The position numbers were made by a program, and so were the translations under genes. Positions 31,501 through 40,307 of a DNA stretch of 64,000 nt are shown one piece after another. Numbering within the stretch: position 1 is the stretch's first letter; each line of letters begins with the position of its first letter. Where the stretch lies: assembly GCA_964291285.2 (NCBI GenBank), contig OZ219785.1, positions 544,001 through 608,000 on the forward strand, written 5' to 3'. This DNA is from Alphaproteobacteria bacterium (GTDB lineage Bacteria; Pseudomonadota; Alphaproteobacteria; Bin95). The notes below the pieces were generated by a model that was given only the letters and a program-made list of their open reading frames with translations, did not search any database and was not told the origin of the DNA.

Positions 31501-34500
31501 GGATCGCAGTCTCAACCAGGCCAGTGCCAGACAGAACCCGGGCTCTCGCAGCAATCGGCTTCTGCTGAACTATCCTGACGGGGCATCGGTCGAGGTCCGG
31601 GTTCGGGCAACGGGCTATCGCATGGCGGGTGTCGCCGGGGGAACGGGCAACCTTCAGGGTCCCTGGTCGAACATCCGTACGGTGACCTTCAAGGACGACA
31701 CCACGGCGGCGCTCACGCTGACCGGGACGCCGGTGACGGTGGCGCCCGGTTCCACGGCGACCTACACGGTGGCGCTGACGAAGGCGTATGCGGGGACGCT
31801 GCGGATCACGAGCGACACCACGGCGGCGGCGCGGGTAAGTCCGGCGAGCCTGACCTTCACGACCGCCAACTACAACACGGCGCGGACGGTGACGGTGACC
31901 GGTGTGGCGAACGGCACGGCGGTGATCAACCACGCCTTCCGGCTGACGGGGGCTTCTGCGGATGCGATCCCGGATGCGGGCACGGTGGACGTGACGGTGG
32001 CCGATACGCCGGGAGTGACGGTGTCGACGGCGGCGCTGACGGTGGCGGAAGGCGGCAGCAGGACGTACACGATGCGGCTGAACACGCCGCCGACATCGGA
32101 TGTGACGATAACGGTGGGCGGCGCGTCGGGGGACGTGACGGTGACGGGTTCGCCGCTGACCTTCACCCGGACCGACTGGAACCAGCCGCAGACGGTGACG
32201 GTGAACGCCGGCACGGACACGGACACGGTGACGGACGCCGACGTGACGCTGACGCACAGCGCGTCTGGCGGCGGTTACGCCTCGGTGAGCATTGCCGATG
32301 TGGTGGTGCGCGTGGCGGAGAAGGATGCGGCGCCGTTGAAGCCGGCCGGCCTTGCCGCCGCGGCGGGCAACGCTTCGGCAACGCTGACCTGGACCGACCC
32401 GGACAATCCGACCATCACGAAGTGGCAAGTCCGGCGGAAGGCCGGCAGCGGTGAGTGGGGCGAGTGGGAGGACATTCTTGGCTCCGGTGCGGGTACCACC
32501 AGTCACGAGGTCAGCGGGCTGACCAACGGCACCGCCTACCAGTTCGAGGTGCGCGCGGTGAACGGGGCCGGCAACGGCGCCGGCCCGGATGCGCCGGTAA
32601 CGGCGACGCCTGTGGCGCCGGCGGCTCCCGCGCCGCCGTCCGGCGGAGGCGGCGGCGGAGGCGGCGGCACGACCCCCGCCGCAGACGGAAGCGTGACGGT
32701 GACGCCGACCGCGCTGAGGGTGTCGGAGGGCAGCAGTGCGGCCTACACGGTGGTGCTGGATACGGAACCCTCGGGCGATGTCACGGTGACGGTGGGCGGC
32801 GCGTCGGGGGACGTGACGGTGGAACCGGCGAGCCTGACCTTCACGACCACCAACTGGGACACGGCGCAGACGGTGACGGTGCGCGCGGCCCGTGACGAGG
32901 ACACGGTGGACGACACGGCGACGCTGACCCATGGTGCGAGCGGTGGCGGCTACGGTTCGGTGACCATCGATCCGGTGGCGGTGACAGTGACGGACACGAC
33001 GCTGTTGCCGGTGCTGACGCTGGCGCAGGACCCGGCGGCGGTGACCGAGGGCGACGACATCCGCCTCACGGTGACCGCCGACCGGGCATTGACGGGCAGC
33101 CTGACGGTCAGCCTGACGCTGTCGGCGCGCAATGCCAGCGGCTTCGATGCCGGTGACGTTCCGGGCGGTCCGGGGCCGCGTTCGTTCGATGCGGTATTCG
33201 GCGCCGCGGGGCGCACCACGGGGGTGGTGACGATCCCGACGGCGGCCGATGCGGATACGGAGGGGGCGGAAGCCTACCGCATCACGCTGAACGACGGTGC
33301 GGACTACGCGGTGGGGAGCGACGCGACGGCTGCGGGCGTGCTGCGCGACCGTGCGCCGGGGTCCGTTGCACGGTCGAACCGGGTGAATGCGGCGGTGCTG
33401 CCGCATGTGGCGGCGGCGGCGATGTCGCGGACGCTGGGGGCGGTGACGGGTCGGATCGAGGCGGCGGCGTCCGGCAGGCCGGGCAGTTCGCTGCGGTTCG
33501 GCGCCCTGCCGTCGTCGCCGGTCGGGTATGCCCGGGCCGCCCGGTCCGCGCCGCCGCGCCCTGAGGAGCCCGGCCCGACCCTGAGCGAGATACTGGACGG
33601 GGCGTCCTTCACGCTGGCGGCGGGCGCCGACGGCGAGGCGTCCCCGCCGCCGTTGGCGGTATGGGGCCGGGGCGAGTGGCTGTCGCTGTCGGGTTCGGAG
33701 AAGGATGTCGCCTGGGACGGCGGCCTGTGGTCGGCGCAGCTGGGGGCGGACCTGCGGGTGCGCCCGGACCTTCTGGCCGGGGCGGCGCTCTCCCATGCGC
33801 GGGGCGAACTGGACACGCGGACGACCGGCGCCGCCGGCGGCCGGGTGAAGGGCGTGCACGAGACGACGATCACGTCGGTGCATCCCTATGCGGCGTGGTT
33901 GCTGCCGGACGGCTCGACCCTGTGGGCGAGCCTCGGCTACGGGACCGGCGAGGTGCGGGTTGCCGAGGAGGGCGCGCCTTCGCGCAGTGCGGACCTGACG
34001 CAGTGGAGCGCGTCCGCGGGCGGGCGCAGCGTCCTGGTCGAGGATGCGGAGCTCATGGCGGGCGGGATGACGCGCCTTGCGGTGAAGGGCGAGGGTTCGG
34101 CGTCGCGCCTGCGCACGGGGTCCGATGACGGCCTGGCGGGGCTGACGGCGAGGACGACCCGTCTGCGGCTGCTGCTGGAGGGCTCGTACGAGCACGCGCT
34201 GGCGGGCGGTGCGACGCTGACGCCGGCGCTGGAGGCGGGGGTGCGCCATGACGGCGGCGACGTTGCCGAAGGGGCGGGCCTCGAGGCCGGGGCGGGCGTG
34301 ACCTGGCATGACCCGGCGGCGGGTCTGACGGCGGAGCTGCGCGCGCGGCTTCTGGCGGCGCACGAGGCGGACCGCGACGAATGGGGCGTGAGCGCGCTGG
34401 TGCGCCTCGACCCCGGGGCCGACGGGCGCGGGACGTTCCTCGCCTTCGGTCCCGCGCACGGGCGCACGGAGAGCGGCCTGGACCGGCTGTTCGACCACGG

Positions 34501-34774
34501 CCTGCCCGCGGCGGCGGACAGCACGGCGCCGGAAGGGGCGGAGAGCCGCCTGGAGGCGGAGGTGGGCCACGGGTTCGGCCTTGCCGGTCCGGGACCGCTG
34601 GCGGTGCTCACCCCCTGGGCCGGCCTCAGCCTGGCGGAGACGGGCGGGCGCACCCTGCGGCTCGGCGCGCGCTACCGCATGGGCGCGGGGCTCTCCCTCG
34701 GCCTCGAGGGCGCGCACCGGCCGGGCCCGGCCCCCGAAGACAGCCTCATGCTGCGCGGCGCGCTGCGATGGTAG
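28517..34774 (+). CDS. Giant adhesin-like autotransporter: about 10 fibronectin type III repeats, Calx-beta/Ig-like domains, C-terminal beta-barrel
   Basis: Signal peptide ..AQAQ; repeated LTATAG.GQVTL.W...HTVTGL.NGT.Y.F; LTFTT.NW.TAQTVTV; C-terminal LTPALEAGVRHDGGD..G.GLE and terminal LRW. Confidence 0.9.
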   Translation: MGAPGRTARRLSAGLAALFLITLTTVFAPQAAQAQTPVLTATAGDGQVTLNWTYTGSGLTGWGYKINGGTYTWAGTPIVIPASNSGTRSHTVTGLTNGTAYQFIVYAQTDANTAFRQSNQVSATPQVPAPTLVSGPDSTIRTAETTTQVCYNLLSVSQGATTYLEARQGKTAVTAHSVLSDASLGVEITQAPAGITKGRGVNLSPCVNLGKGTHTVTWSWRGQDGTATAGTTSTTVTITDPAPAQAKPALTATAGVGSVTLTWTRTGNTGFGYWVYRQGVTGGGYGDWIDIPGGATIRAHTVTGLNAGTSYTFQVARAEGAGLNFSVFASGGGYSNAATATPTAATTTTPAAPTGLTATPGGPAQVLLTWTKPAGTITGYKLRYAKTPSKASATWGTMTGSGANTVRHMVTGLDNAAEYSFMIRAVNASGDGAATGWVTATPADSCPGVGAPTNLSLAPRSDGFAVTWNAPTDILRNGWELSYKKTGGSSSSVTISDAAATSHTLTGLDAGTEYEIALQATHPVNPDPTASCPPGSRAKATGTTLAAAMPTITLTAATGDGQVTLSWTYTNDDGEAFDHWRYAQKKGSGSYSFGVEIPGGKTVRTHTVTGLENGAAYTFKVSRGVTSPPPAMIQSTADPDSNEVTATPTAAPTVAVPAAPTGLSAEAGNRQVKLTWTDPDDDSITRYRVQQRKGSAAWGSWTAISGSDADTTTHTVTGLDNDSEYRFRIRARNSGGNGAASAVVEATPSASAAVPKPVLSAEPGYARVTLSWSALSGVTVASWGYQYKPAGGSWIRTRTVTGGSTTSATVTGLTIGTEYTFRLFAAVGPGVQSVWSDQVKATPTNKVPKPVLTAAGGDASVTLSWSGLSGIPITSWGYQYKSTGGWNTTTTVTGRSRTSVRVTGLTKGTDYTFRLFAAVSPGVQSVWSDEVTAKTDPAAPVLTAATSTTNGQIDLTWTHAGGSNELSDADDYVKDAAKFHWWRAQTRLKGETAWTDRSLNQASARQNPGSRSNRLLLNYPDGASVEVRVRATGYRMAGVAGGTGNLQGPWSNIRTVTFKDDTTAALTLTGTPVTVAPGSTATYTVALTKAYAGTLRITSDTTAAARVSPASLTFTTANYNTARTVTVTGVANGTAVINHAFRLTGASADAIPDAGTVDVTVADTPGVTVSTAALTVAEGGSRTYTMRLNTPPTSDVTITVGGASGDVTVTGSPLTFTRTDWNQPQTVTVNAGTDTDTVTDADVTLTHSASGGGYASVSIADVVVRVAEKDAAPLKPAGLAAAAGNASATLTWTDPDNPTITKWQVRRKAGSGEWGEWEDILGSGAGTTSHEVSGLTNGTAYQFEVRAVNGAGNGAGPDAPVTATPVAPAAPAPPSGGGGGGGGGTTPAADGSVTVTPTALRVSEGSSAAYTVVLDTEPSGDVTVTVGGASGDVTVEPASLTFTTTNWDTAQTVTVRAARDEDTVDDTATLTHGASGGGYGSVTIDPVAVTVTDTTLLPVLTLAQDPAAVTEGDDIRLTVTADRALTGSLTVSLTLSARNASGFDAGDVPGGPGPRSFDAVFGAAGRTTGVVTIPTAADADTEGAEAYRITLNDGADYAVGSDATAAGVLRDRAPGSVARSNRVNAAVLPHVAAAAMSRTLGAVTGRIEAAASGRPGSSLRFGALPSSPVGYARAARSAPPRPEEPGPTLSEILDGASFTLAAGADGEASPPPLAVWGRGEWLSLSGSEKDVAWDGGLWSAQLGADLRVRPDLLAGAALSHARGELDTRTTGAAGGRVKGVHETTITSVHPYAAWLLPDGSTLWASLGYGTGEVRVAEEGAPSRSADLTQWSASAGGRSVLVEDAELMAGGMTRLAVKGEGSASRLRTGSDDGLAGLTARTTRLRLLLEGSYEHALAGGATLTPALEAGVRHDGGDVAEGAGLEAGAGVTWHDPAAGLTAELRARLLAAHEADRDEWGVSALVRLDPGADGRGTFLAFGPAHGRTESGLDRLFDHGLPAAADSTAPEGAESRLEAEVGHGFGLAGPGPLAVLTPWAGLSLAETGGRTLRLGARYRMGAGLSLGLEGAHRPGPAPEDSLMLRGALRW

Positions 34775-34805
34775 GAGAATGCAGGCCCGGCTCGGCTGAG
34801 GGCGT

Positions 34806-35330
34806 ATGGTGATTCATCTCACCGACATTTGGCCGATACGGGAGCCGGCTCTCTACAAGCTGCACTTCGCCCGCTGCAACCAGTCCAACCAACCGCTCGA
34901 CGTTTTCGTTCGCAGCCGGGAAGAATGGCAAGGCTGGCAGGAGCATCGACCGAAAAACAACGATTTCAACCGCCCGTATATCTTCTCGGTGATCGATTTC
35001 CATCGGGAGCCTGACATCTGGTTGTTCGGCGGTGTGTGGGAAGTCGTGGAGCGGCTGCCGGACAGATATGTCGTATCGCTGACCGAACAGGGCCGCGGCT
35101 TCATCGGACGCCTCAAACTGCATTCTCCCTGGCGCCAACGGGGAACCCGCGTGAATTTCGAGAAACGCCTGGACGAATTCACGGTAAGCGAAATTCTCAA
35201 GGAGGAGTATTCCGGGATCGATTTTCCGGGCCATGACCGGATCGACATCGGTTTCGGCGAGCTCGAATCGCTCATCTGCAACGACCGGCCCGATTGGCGC
35301 GGCGCCCTGGAGAACGCAAAGGGCGTTTAT
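34806..35330 (+). pseudogene. GIY-YIG nuclease family protein truncated by IS1380 copy 2
   Basis: KLHFA..N...PLDVF, WLFGGVW, FIGRL, FPG.D.I.I.F.EL..WRGALENAKGVY, then the IS IR. Confidence 0.75.
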
Positions 35331-37026
35331 CCTAAATCCGGCAGTTGACAGGCTTGATCGCTGTCTCGGGGTAGTGTGAACGGTCGGATTTGGGCGTGGA
35401 TTTCAGCACGCGGTCGCGGCCCTGGGTGGCGGCAGCCAGGGTTGACGCCCCGGTTCGCGGCCATGGAGGTATTTCCTGAGCGCCTCGGCGAGGATGCGGC
35501 GCCAGCGATCCCCGGCGCTCAACTGCTCCGCAGTTTGCGTCAGCGACCGGAAGAAGCCGGCGATCCGGCGCAGCGCCGCCATCACCGTCTTGCGACGCCC
35601 GTGATGGGAGGTCACCGTCAGCCGGGTCTGGCCGGCGTGGTGGGTCTGGCGGGCAACCCCGTGCAGGAGCAGCGGCCGGCTGGTGATCGCCTCGCGGTGA
35701 TGGTCGGGGTCGGCGAGGCGCACGAACAGGCTCCACCAGTTGTAGATGAGCGCGACCAGCCGGGCCATGTGCCGGCAGCGCGTCAGGTCGCGCGTGGTGA
35801 AGCCGCCCCAGCCCCACTGGTTCTTCAACTCGTTGAAGCCGTTCTCCGCGTCCGCCCGGTCGCGGTAGAGCTGGGCCAGCGAGCGTATCTCCAGGTCCAG
35901 CGAGGTCGCCAGCACCGCGAACTCCCATACCCCGGTGCCGGGCTGCGCCCCGGTCCAGAACAACTCGCCCCGGGCCTTGTCGCCACGCGTCAGCGCCAGC
36001 GTCGCAGGAAGCCGCCGGCGCAGCACCACAACCCGGCGCGTCCGGCTCCAGCCCTGCAGACGCAGATCGGCCCCGATCCCCGACCAGCCCTGGCCCGCAT
36101 CCTCCCAGCCGTCCCGCGCCATCAGACGCTCGGCAAGCCGGCGCGCCCCCTTCGTCAGGCGCAGCTTGAACAGATAGTCCGGACCCGCAGCCTCGCACGA
36201 CGCCATGTTGGCCTCGCTGCCCCAGTCCTTGTCGCCCCGCACCAGACGCGGCCAGCGATCCCGACCGAGACGGTCGAGCAACGCCCACAAGGACGGCGCC
36301 GCGCGCCTCGAATGGTGATGGTTGCCCGGCGCCACCTCGACATCAAGAACAAGCCGCGTCCCCGCCATCAGGAACGCATGGCAGGCATGCGAGGGGCGGC
36401 CCGGCTTCTTCGGGTTGTAGCTCACAACCGCCCCCTCCTGACGACCGTAAAGCGGCTTGATCGTCGTGTCGCAGTCCAGAACCCACGGCTCCCTCAGCAG
36501 CGGACGGACCACCTCGTCCAGATGGCCCTGAAGCCACGATGTGCCGGCCTCCGCACCGATCCGCTCCAGACCGCGCCGCACCGAATCCTCGCTCGCAACC
36601 TTGTCCATTCCCAACAGCGCAGGGTTCACTCCGTCGCCGCGCAACGACGTGATGTGCGCATACCGCGATTGCCCCGCCAGAACCGACAGCAGCACCGTAC
36701 CCAAGACATCCCGCTTCGACGGCGCGTTCGGGCTCGTGTACCGCAGCGGGCAGTCCGCAACCAAAGCGTCAAAGCGACCGCTCACCTTCAGGTATTTCGC
36801 GAAAAACGCCAGATGCCCCAGCGGCGTTACCGCCGCGTCCGGGTCCCATTCCACATGAACCGCGCCGCCGAAGGTGTCCACCTTCACCGACGCTCGGGCG
36901 ACATCCCGCACAGCGCCAGGATAATCACCCAAAGGGTGAGCCTCTTCGGCCCCTGAAAAGCCGCTCATACCCGCAGACTACAAGGGATTCGGCAAGGCCA
37001 AGCCATCCTCAACTGCCGGATTTAGG
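35331..37026 (-). mobile_element. IS1380-family element, copy 2 (inverted, no matching TSD)
   Basis: Same 18-bp IRs and 1696-bp length; flanks TTTAT and GTCAT differ. Confidence 0.9.
35403..36968 (-). CDS. IS1380-family transposase (intact)
   Basis: 521-aa open frame with DDE motifs. Confidence 0.9.
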   Translation of the reverse strand: MSGFSGAEEAHPLGDYPGAVRDVARASVKVDTFGGAVHVEWDPDAAVTPLGHLAFFAKYLKVSGRFDALVADCPLRYTSPNAPSKRDVLGTVLLSVLAGQSRYAHITSLRGDGVNPALLGMDKVASEDSVRRGLERIGAEAGTSWLQGHLDEVVRPLLREPWVLDCDTTIKPLYGRQEGAVVSYNPKKPGRPSHACHAFLMAGTRLVLDVEVAPGNHHHSRRAAPSLWALLDRLGRDRWPRLVRGDKDWGSEANMASCEAAGPDYLFKLRLTKGARRLAERLMARDGWEDAGQGWSGIGADLRLQGWSRTRRVVVLRRRLPATLALTRGDKARGELFWTGAQPGTGVWEFAVLATSLDLEIRSLAQLYRDRADAENGFNELKNQWGWGGFTTRDLTRCRHMARLVALIYNWWSLFVRLADPDHHREAITSRPLLLHGVARQTHHAGQTRLTVTSHHGRRKTVMAALRRIAGFFRSLTQTAEQLSAGDRWRRILAEALRKYLHGREPGRQPWLPPPRAATAC

Positions 37027-37418
37027 GTCATGTTTCCCGTGCCGGACGGTCATGCGCTGCGGCCGTTCCGGGCATAATGGCCGTCGGTTCCGCCGGGGGT
37101 TCCGGGTTTCTCTCCGGGGTCTTCCGTCTCCTGACTCCGGGCATGGCGTTTCTCCTTTTTGCTCCCGTTCGGTTCCCGTCGCCCGCCGGCAGCGGGACCC
37201 TGATTCGCGCGTAATGTGCGCGCGCCGGCGCGCGCGAGCCGGCCGCAGGGCGCACGTCTCCCGTCCGCTCCGAGGGAGGTCTTTACGCACCGACGTGCCT
37301 GCAAGCGGCCTCCGGATGACGCCTGCCGGCACCCTATCTGGCCGCGCACCGACCCTGTGCCAAGACATCACAAAGAATTATTTCAAATATAGCGAACATT
37401 CCTGATTCGGCACCCCGC

Positions 37419-37707
37419 CTCACCGTGTTCGAGCGCGCGTCGGACGCGGCCGATCATTCTGCGCAAGGCGATGCGCGCGCATTTCGGCGGCCGGGGCTAT
37501 GACGACATGCTTGCCCGGCTCAGGCTCCGCCAGGCCTATGGCCGGCCGGTGCGCCGGCGGAACGACAGCGGCGTGTTCGTGCTGCTCGACCCGGGAATGC
37601 CGTCACGCCTCGCCGCCGCCTTTCCCGCATGCGTCGCGCTGGAGCGCGTCGGGCCGGCGGAGGGTTGCGGGGCGGTGCGCGGCTTTGTGGGGAAAGGCGG
37701 GGTGTAG
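37419..37707 (+). pseudogene. DinG-family helicase C-terminal remnant
   Basis: RAHFGGRGYDDMLARLRLRQAYGR..RR.ND.GVFVLLD..PSRL..AFP (helicase motif VI region), degenerate. Confidence 0.75.
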
Positions 37708-37766
37708 GCGGGCGCAAACTCCTTTCGCCTCCCTGCCCAGAGGCCTCGCGGACGACCGCTCCCCGC

Positions 37767-38273
37767 TTAATCCAGCACCACGGAATCGAAAAGCGGCGTC
37801 AGAATATCCCTGATTCGCGAGGCGCAAACGATGAGAAAATCGCTTCTTCCGTCTGCAACCGCTTTGCCGTCAGAGTCGAATTCTCTTCTGTTTACAACTT
37901 CCTTGCCGTCGAATTCAAATTCATGTTCTCGATAGGTTTCAAATCTTCCCAGCACGATGGTCAATTTGTCTATTTCCCCGGCTTCCCTGTATGCAGTCAG
38001 GGAGAATTCTTCACATGAATAACAATCAACAATAATGTCACGAATGTCGTTGATCGGGAAGGAAATTTTCTCACCGGTGCTAATGTAATCCGTGTCGAGG
38101 TACATTCCGGGCTCCGAATCGCCTTCGTCCACGCAAAGGTGTCCTGGAGAAAACGAGATGCAACAGGCCCGGTTCTCGTTTGCCGCCACGTATTCATAAC
38201 CCCATGCACTGTCCGGGTCGGTCAACTTGTACAGCGTGAACTCGGGCGAAAGGGCAGGGTTTTTCATGGTCAT
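37767..38273 (-). CDS. Hypothetical acidic protein, low GC
   Basis: 168-aa ORF in an AT-richer patch; no recognisable motif. Confidence 0.55.
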   Translation of the reverse strand: MTMKNPALSPEFTLYKLTDPDSAWGYEYVAANENRACCISFSPGHLCVDEGDSEPGMYLDTDYISTGEKISFPINDIRDIIVDCYSCEEFSLTAYREAGEIDKLTIVLGRFETYREHEFEFDGKEVVNRREFDSDGKAVADGRSDFLIVCASRIRDILTPLFDSVVLD

Positions 38274-38567
38274 AACCGCTCCCGGAATTTCTCAGTCGGC
38301 CAAAGATAGTCCTTCAAACGGCTGGATGAATCCGAAATTATGTCGATTGTTGTGCCGAATCAAGTCAGATAACGAAGCGGGGACGGTATTTTCGCAACGT
38401 CCCGAACCGCGCTTTCGGTCGAACCCGGGGCTTCAGCTCGCCCCGGATGGACCTCGTGCCGCAGCCGGTCCCTGTCCTTGGGACCGGATGACAGCCGGTG
38501 CCGAGGCTGATACCTTCCGGCCGAAGCGTATCCGGGGCTCGGTCGGGAGCCGCTGTGAGGGACAGGC

Positions 38568-38798
38568 ATGGACATCAGTTCCGAACTGGTTGCAATCCTT
38601 GGCGTCGGAATCGCTCTGGCCGGGTTGATGCTGGCCGGGCAGCAGAGGACCGACAAGCGCATGGACCGGCTTGAGGACCGCCTGATCGCCGTCGAAAAGG
38701 GCCAGGCGCGAATGGAAGGCAAGCTGGGGTTCATCGAAAACTATATCCTGGGCCGGAACGCCGCCCCGGACGAACGGGCGGAGGCCCCGGCGGAATAA
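38568..38798 (+). CDS. Small membrane-anchored coiled-coil protein
   Basis: N-terminal TM ELVAILGVGIALAGLML, then RMDRLEDRL..VEKGQARMEG; RBS gagggac. Confidence 0.7.
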   Translation: MDISSELVAILGVGIALAGLMLAGQQRTDKRMDRLEDRLIAVEKGQARMEGKLGFIENYILGRNAAPDERAEAPAE

Positions 38799-38862
38799 TT
38801 CTGCTCGAACTCGCTTTCCCACAAACGAAAATGCCTTCCGGGCTTCCGGAGGAGGAATCGCC

Positions 38863-39615
38863 ATGACCGAATCCAACGACCGCACGAAACTGCGCGAGGC
38901 CGGCGCTCGGCTTGCGGAAGAGCTGGGGCTGCCGGTGCCGTCGGGCGCGCCGGGGCTGGACGCCTTTGCGCTGGAGGCGGGCTTCGGCTCGCTGCTGGCG
39001 GACCCGGCGCTGCCGCCGGCCGACCGCATTGTGGCGGTGCTCTCCGCGCTCGCCCAGAAGGACCGGCAGGGAGACATTGCCGCGCACATAAGGCCCGCGG
39101 TGAAGGCGGGGCTGGACGCGCGCGAAATCCGCGAGATTTTCGTGCAGTGCGGGCTCTATGGCGGGCTGCCGATGGCGGCGCATGCGCTGAGCACGCTGAA
39201 CGCGCAGCTGGGCTACCCGGACCGGGAGGAGGAAGACGCGCGCGACCTCGCGGCGCTGGAGGCAGACGGGCGCGCCACGATGCACGGGCTGCACGGCGAG
39301 CGCGCCGAGACGGGCTATGCCGCGCCCGGCAATGCGGGGTCCGCCGGCCTCTACCGCATCGCGATCCTCTACGGCTACGGCGCGATCTGGCACCGGCCTG
39401 GCCTCTCGCACCGGCGGCGGATGATCGTGGCGCTGGCGAGCATGGCGGTGCTGGGCCTGCACGACACGCTGGCGAAATTCGCCGCCTCCGCGCGCGCCAT
39501 GGGCCTCACGCCGGCCGAGATCGCGGCTGCCATCGCCCAGACCGCGCCCTATGCCGGCTTCCCGCCCGCCCTCAACGCGCTCGGCCGCCTCGCCGAGGTG
39601 CTGGCGGAGGATTGA
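38863..39615 (+). CDS. Carboxymuconolactone decarboxylase family protein (two domains)
   Basis: GL...EIREIF.Q..LYGG.P, IW.RPGL..R.R, QTAPYAGFP.ALNA. Confidence 0.85.
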   Translation: MTESNDRTKLREAGARLAEELGLPVPSGAPGLDAFALEAGFGSLLADPALPPADRIVAVLSALAQKDRQGDIAAHIRPAVKAGLDAREIREIFVQCGLYGGLPMAAHALSTLNAQLGYPDREEEDARDLAALEADGRATMHGLHGERAETGYAAPGNAGSAGLYRIAILYGYGAIWHRPGLSHRRRMIVALASMAVLGLHDTLAKFAASARAMGLTPAEIAAAIAQTAPYAGFPPALNALGRLAEVLAED

Positions 39616-39668
39616 CGGCGCGGCGAAGATTCAGAAGATTGGCAGGGCAGATAGGAGAGCATCGACGT

Positions 39669-40286
39669 ATGAAAATGCCCATCTGGATCGCAGCCGCAAT
39701 GATGACTGTTGCGCTCGCCGCCTGCGGGCCGGCGGGCAAGACGATAGGCAAGACCACCACCGGACAGCGCACCTACAATACCGAGTGGCGGGAGATCGAC
39801 CCGGGCCGTGTGTTGATCGATTTCGGAAAACTTGACGGCGCTGCCGTTACCTGGACGGAAGAAAGGACCAGGGACAATGCGATCGTGCAGCAGCGCGTGT
39901 ATTTCGACGGCCGGGGCTTTGTCTATCTGGAGCATTTGCTGGGCGCGTTCGCAGTTTACAACGTCCAGGTGACGGACAGGCACAACGACATGTCGAAGCT
40001 GGCGGACAAGTATTTATCCAGATTCAATATCCCGGCGGCGGACATGGAGAAGGGGCGCATCCGCAAATACGGCAGCCGCGGAGGCTGGGTCGGCAGGGCG
40101 ACGGAAAAGGGAACCGGGGCCGACTGCATTGTCTCCAGAGTGGCTTTCCTGAGCAGGGCCGACAAGAACCGGGGAGCGGACGAACGCTACGACACCGTCG
40201 TCTCGTTCCACGATTGCTCAGGCAAGCGGTCGTTGGAAGAGGTCAGGGAGTTCCTGAACGGACTCAGGATCGTTTCACGCGCGTAG
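39669..40286 (+). CDS. Lipoprotein of unknown function (paralog A)
   Basis: RBS aggag; lipobox LAAC; aligns along its length with 41668-42294. Confidence 0.8.
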   Translation: MKMPIWIAAAMMTVALAACGPAGKTIGKTTTGQRTYNTEWREIDPGRVLIDFGKLDGAAVTWTEERTRDNAIVQQRVYFDGRGFVYLEHLLGAFAVYNVQVTDRHNDMSKLADKYLSRFNIPAADMEKGRIRKYGSRGGWVGRATEKGTGADCIVSRVAFLSRADKNRGADERYDTVVSFHDCSGKRSLEEVREFLNGLRIVSRA

Positions 40287-40307
40287 CGCCGCCCCTCTCT
40301 GCCGCGC

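Noticed and set aside
30419-34717. 1432-aa minus-strand ORF, and similar long antisense or merged ORFs such as 55252-59526, 10118-11701 and 48312-50360
   Set aside because: Shadow frames or spurious extensions of well-supported genes in high-GC DNA; Arg/Pro/Gly-rich with no motifs.
28517-34774. Diversity-generating retroelement target
   Set aside because: No reverse transcriptase in the window, and the near-duplicate modules do not differ specifically at adenines.
26613-37026. Composite transposon that inserted as one unit
   Set aside because: The left IS has its own TSD on both sides, and the outer flanks (GTTAT vs GTCAT) are not identical.
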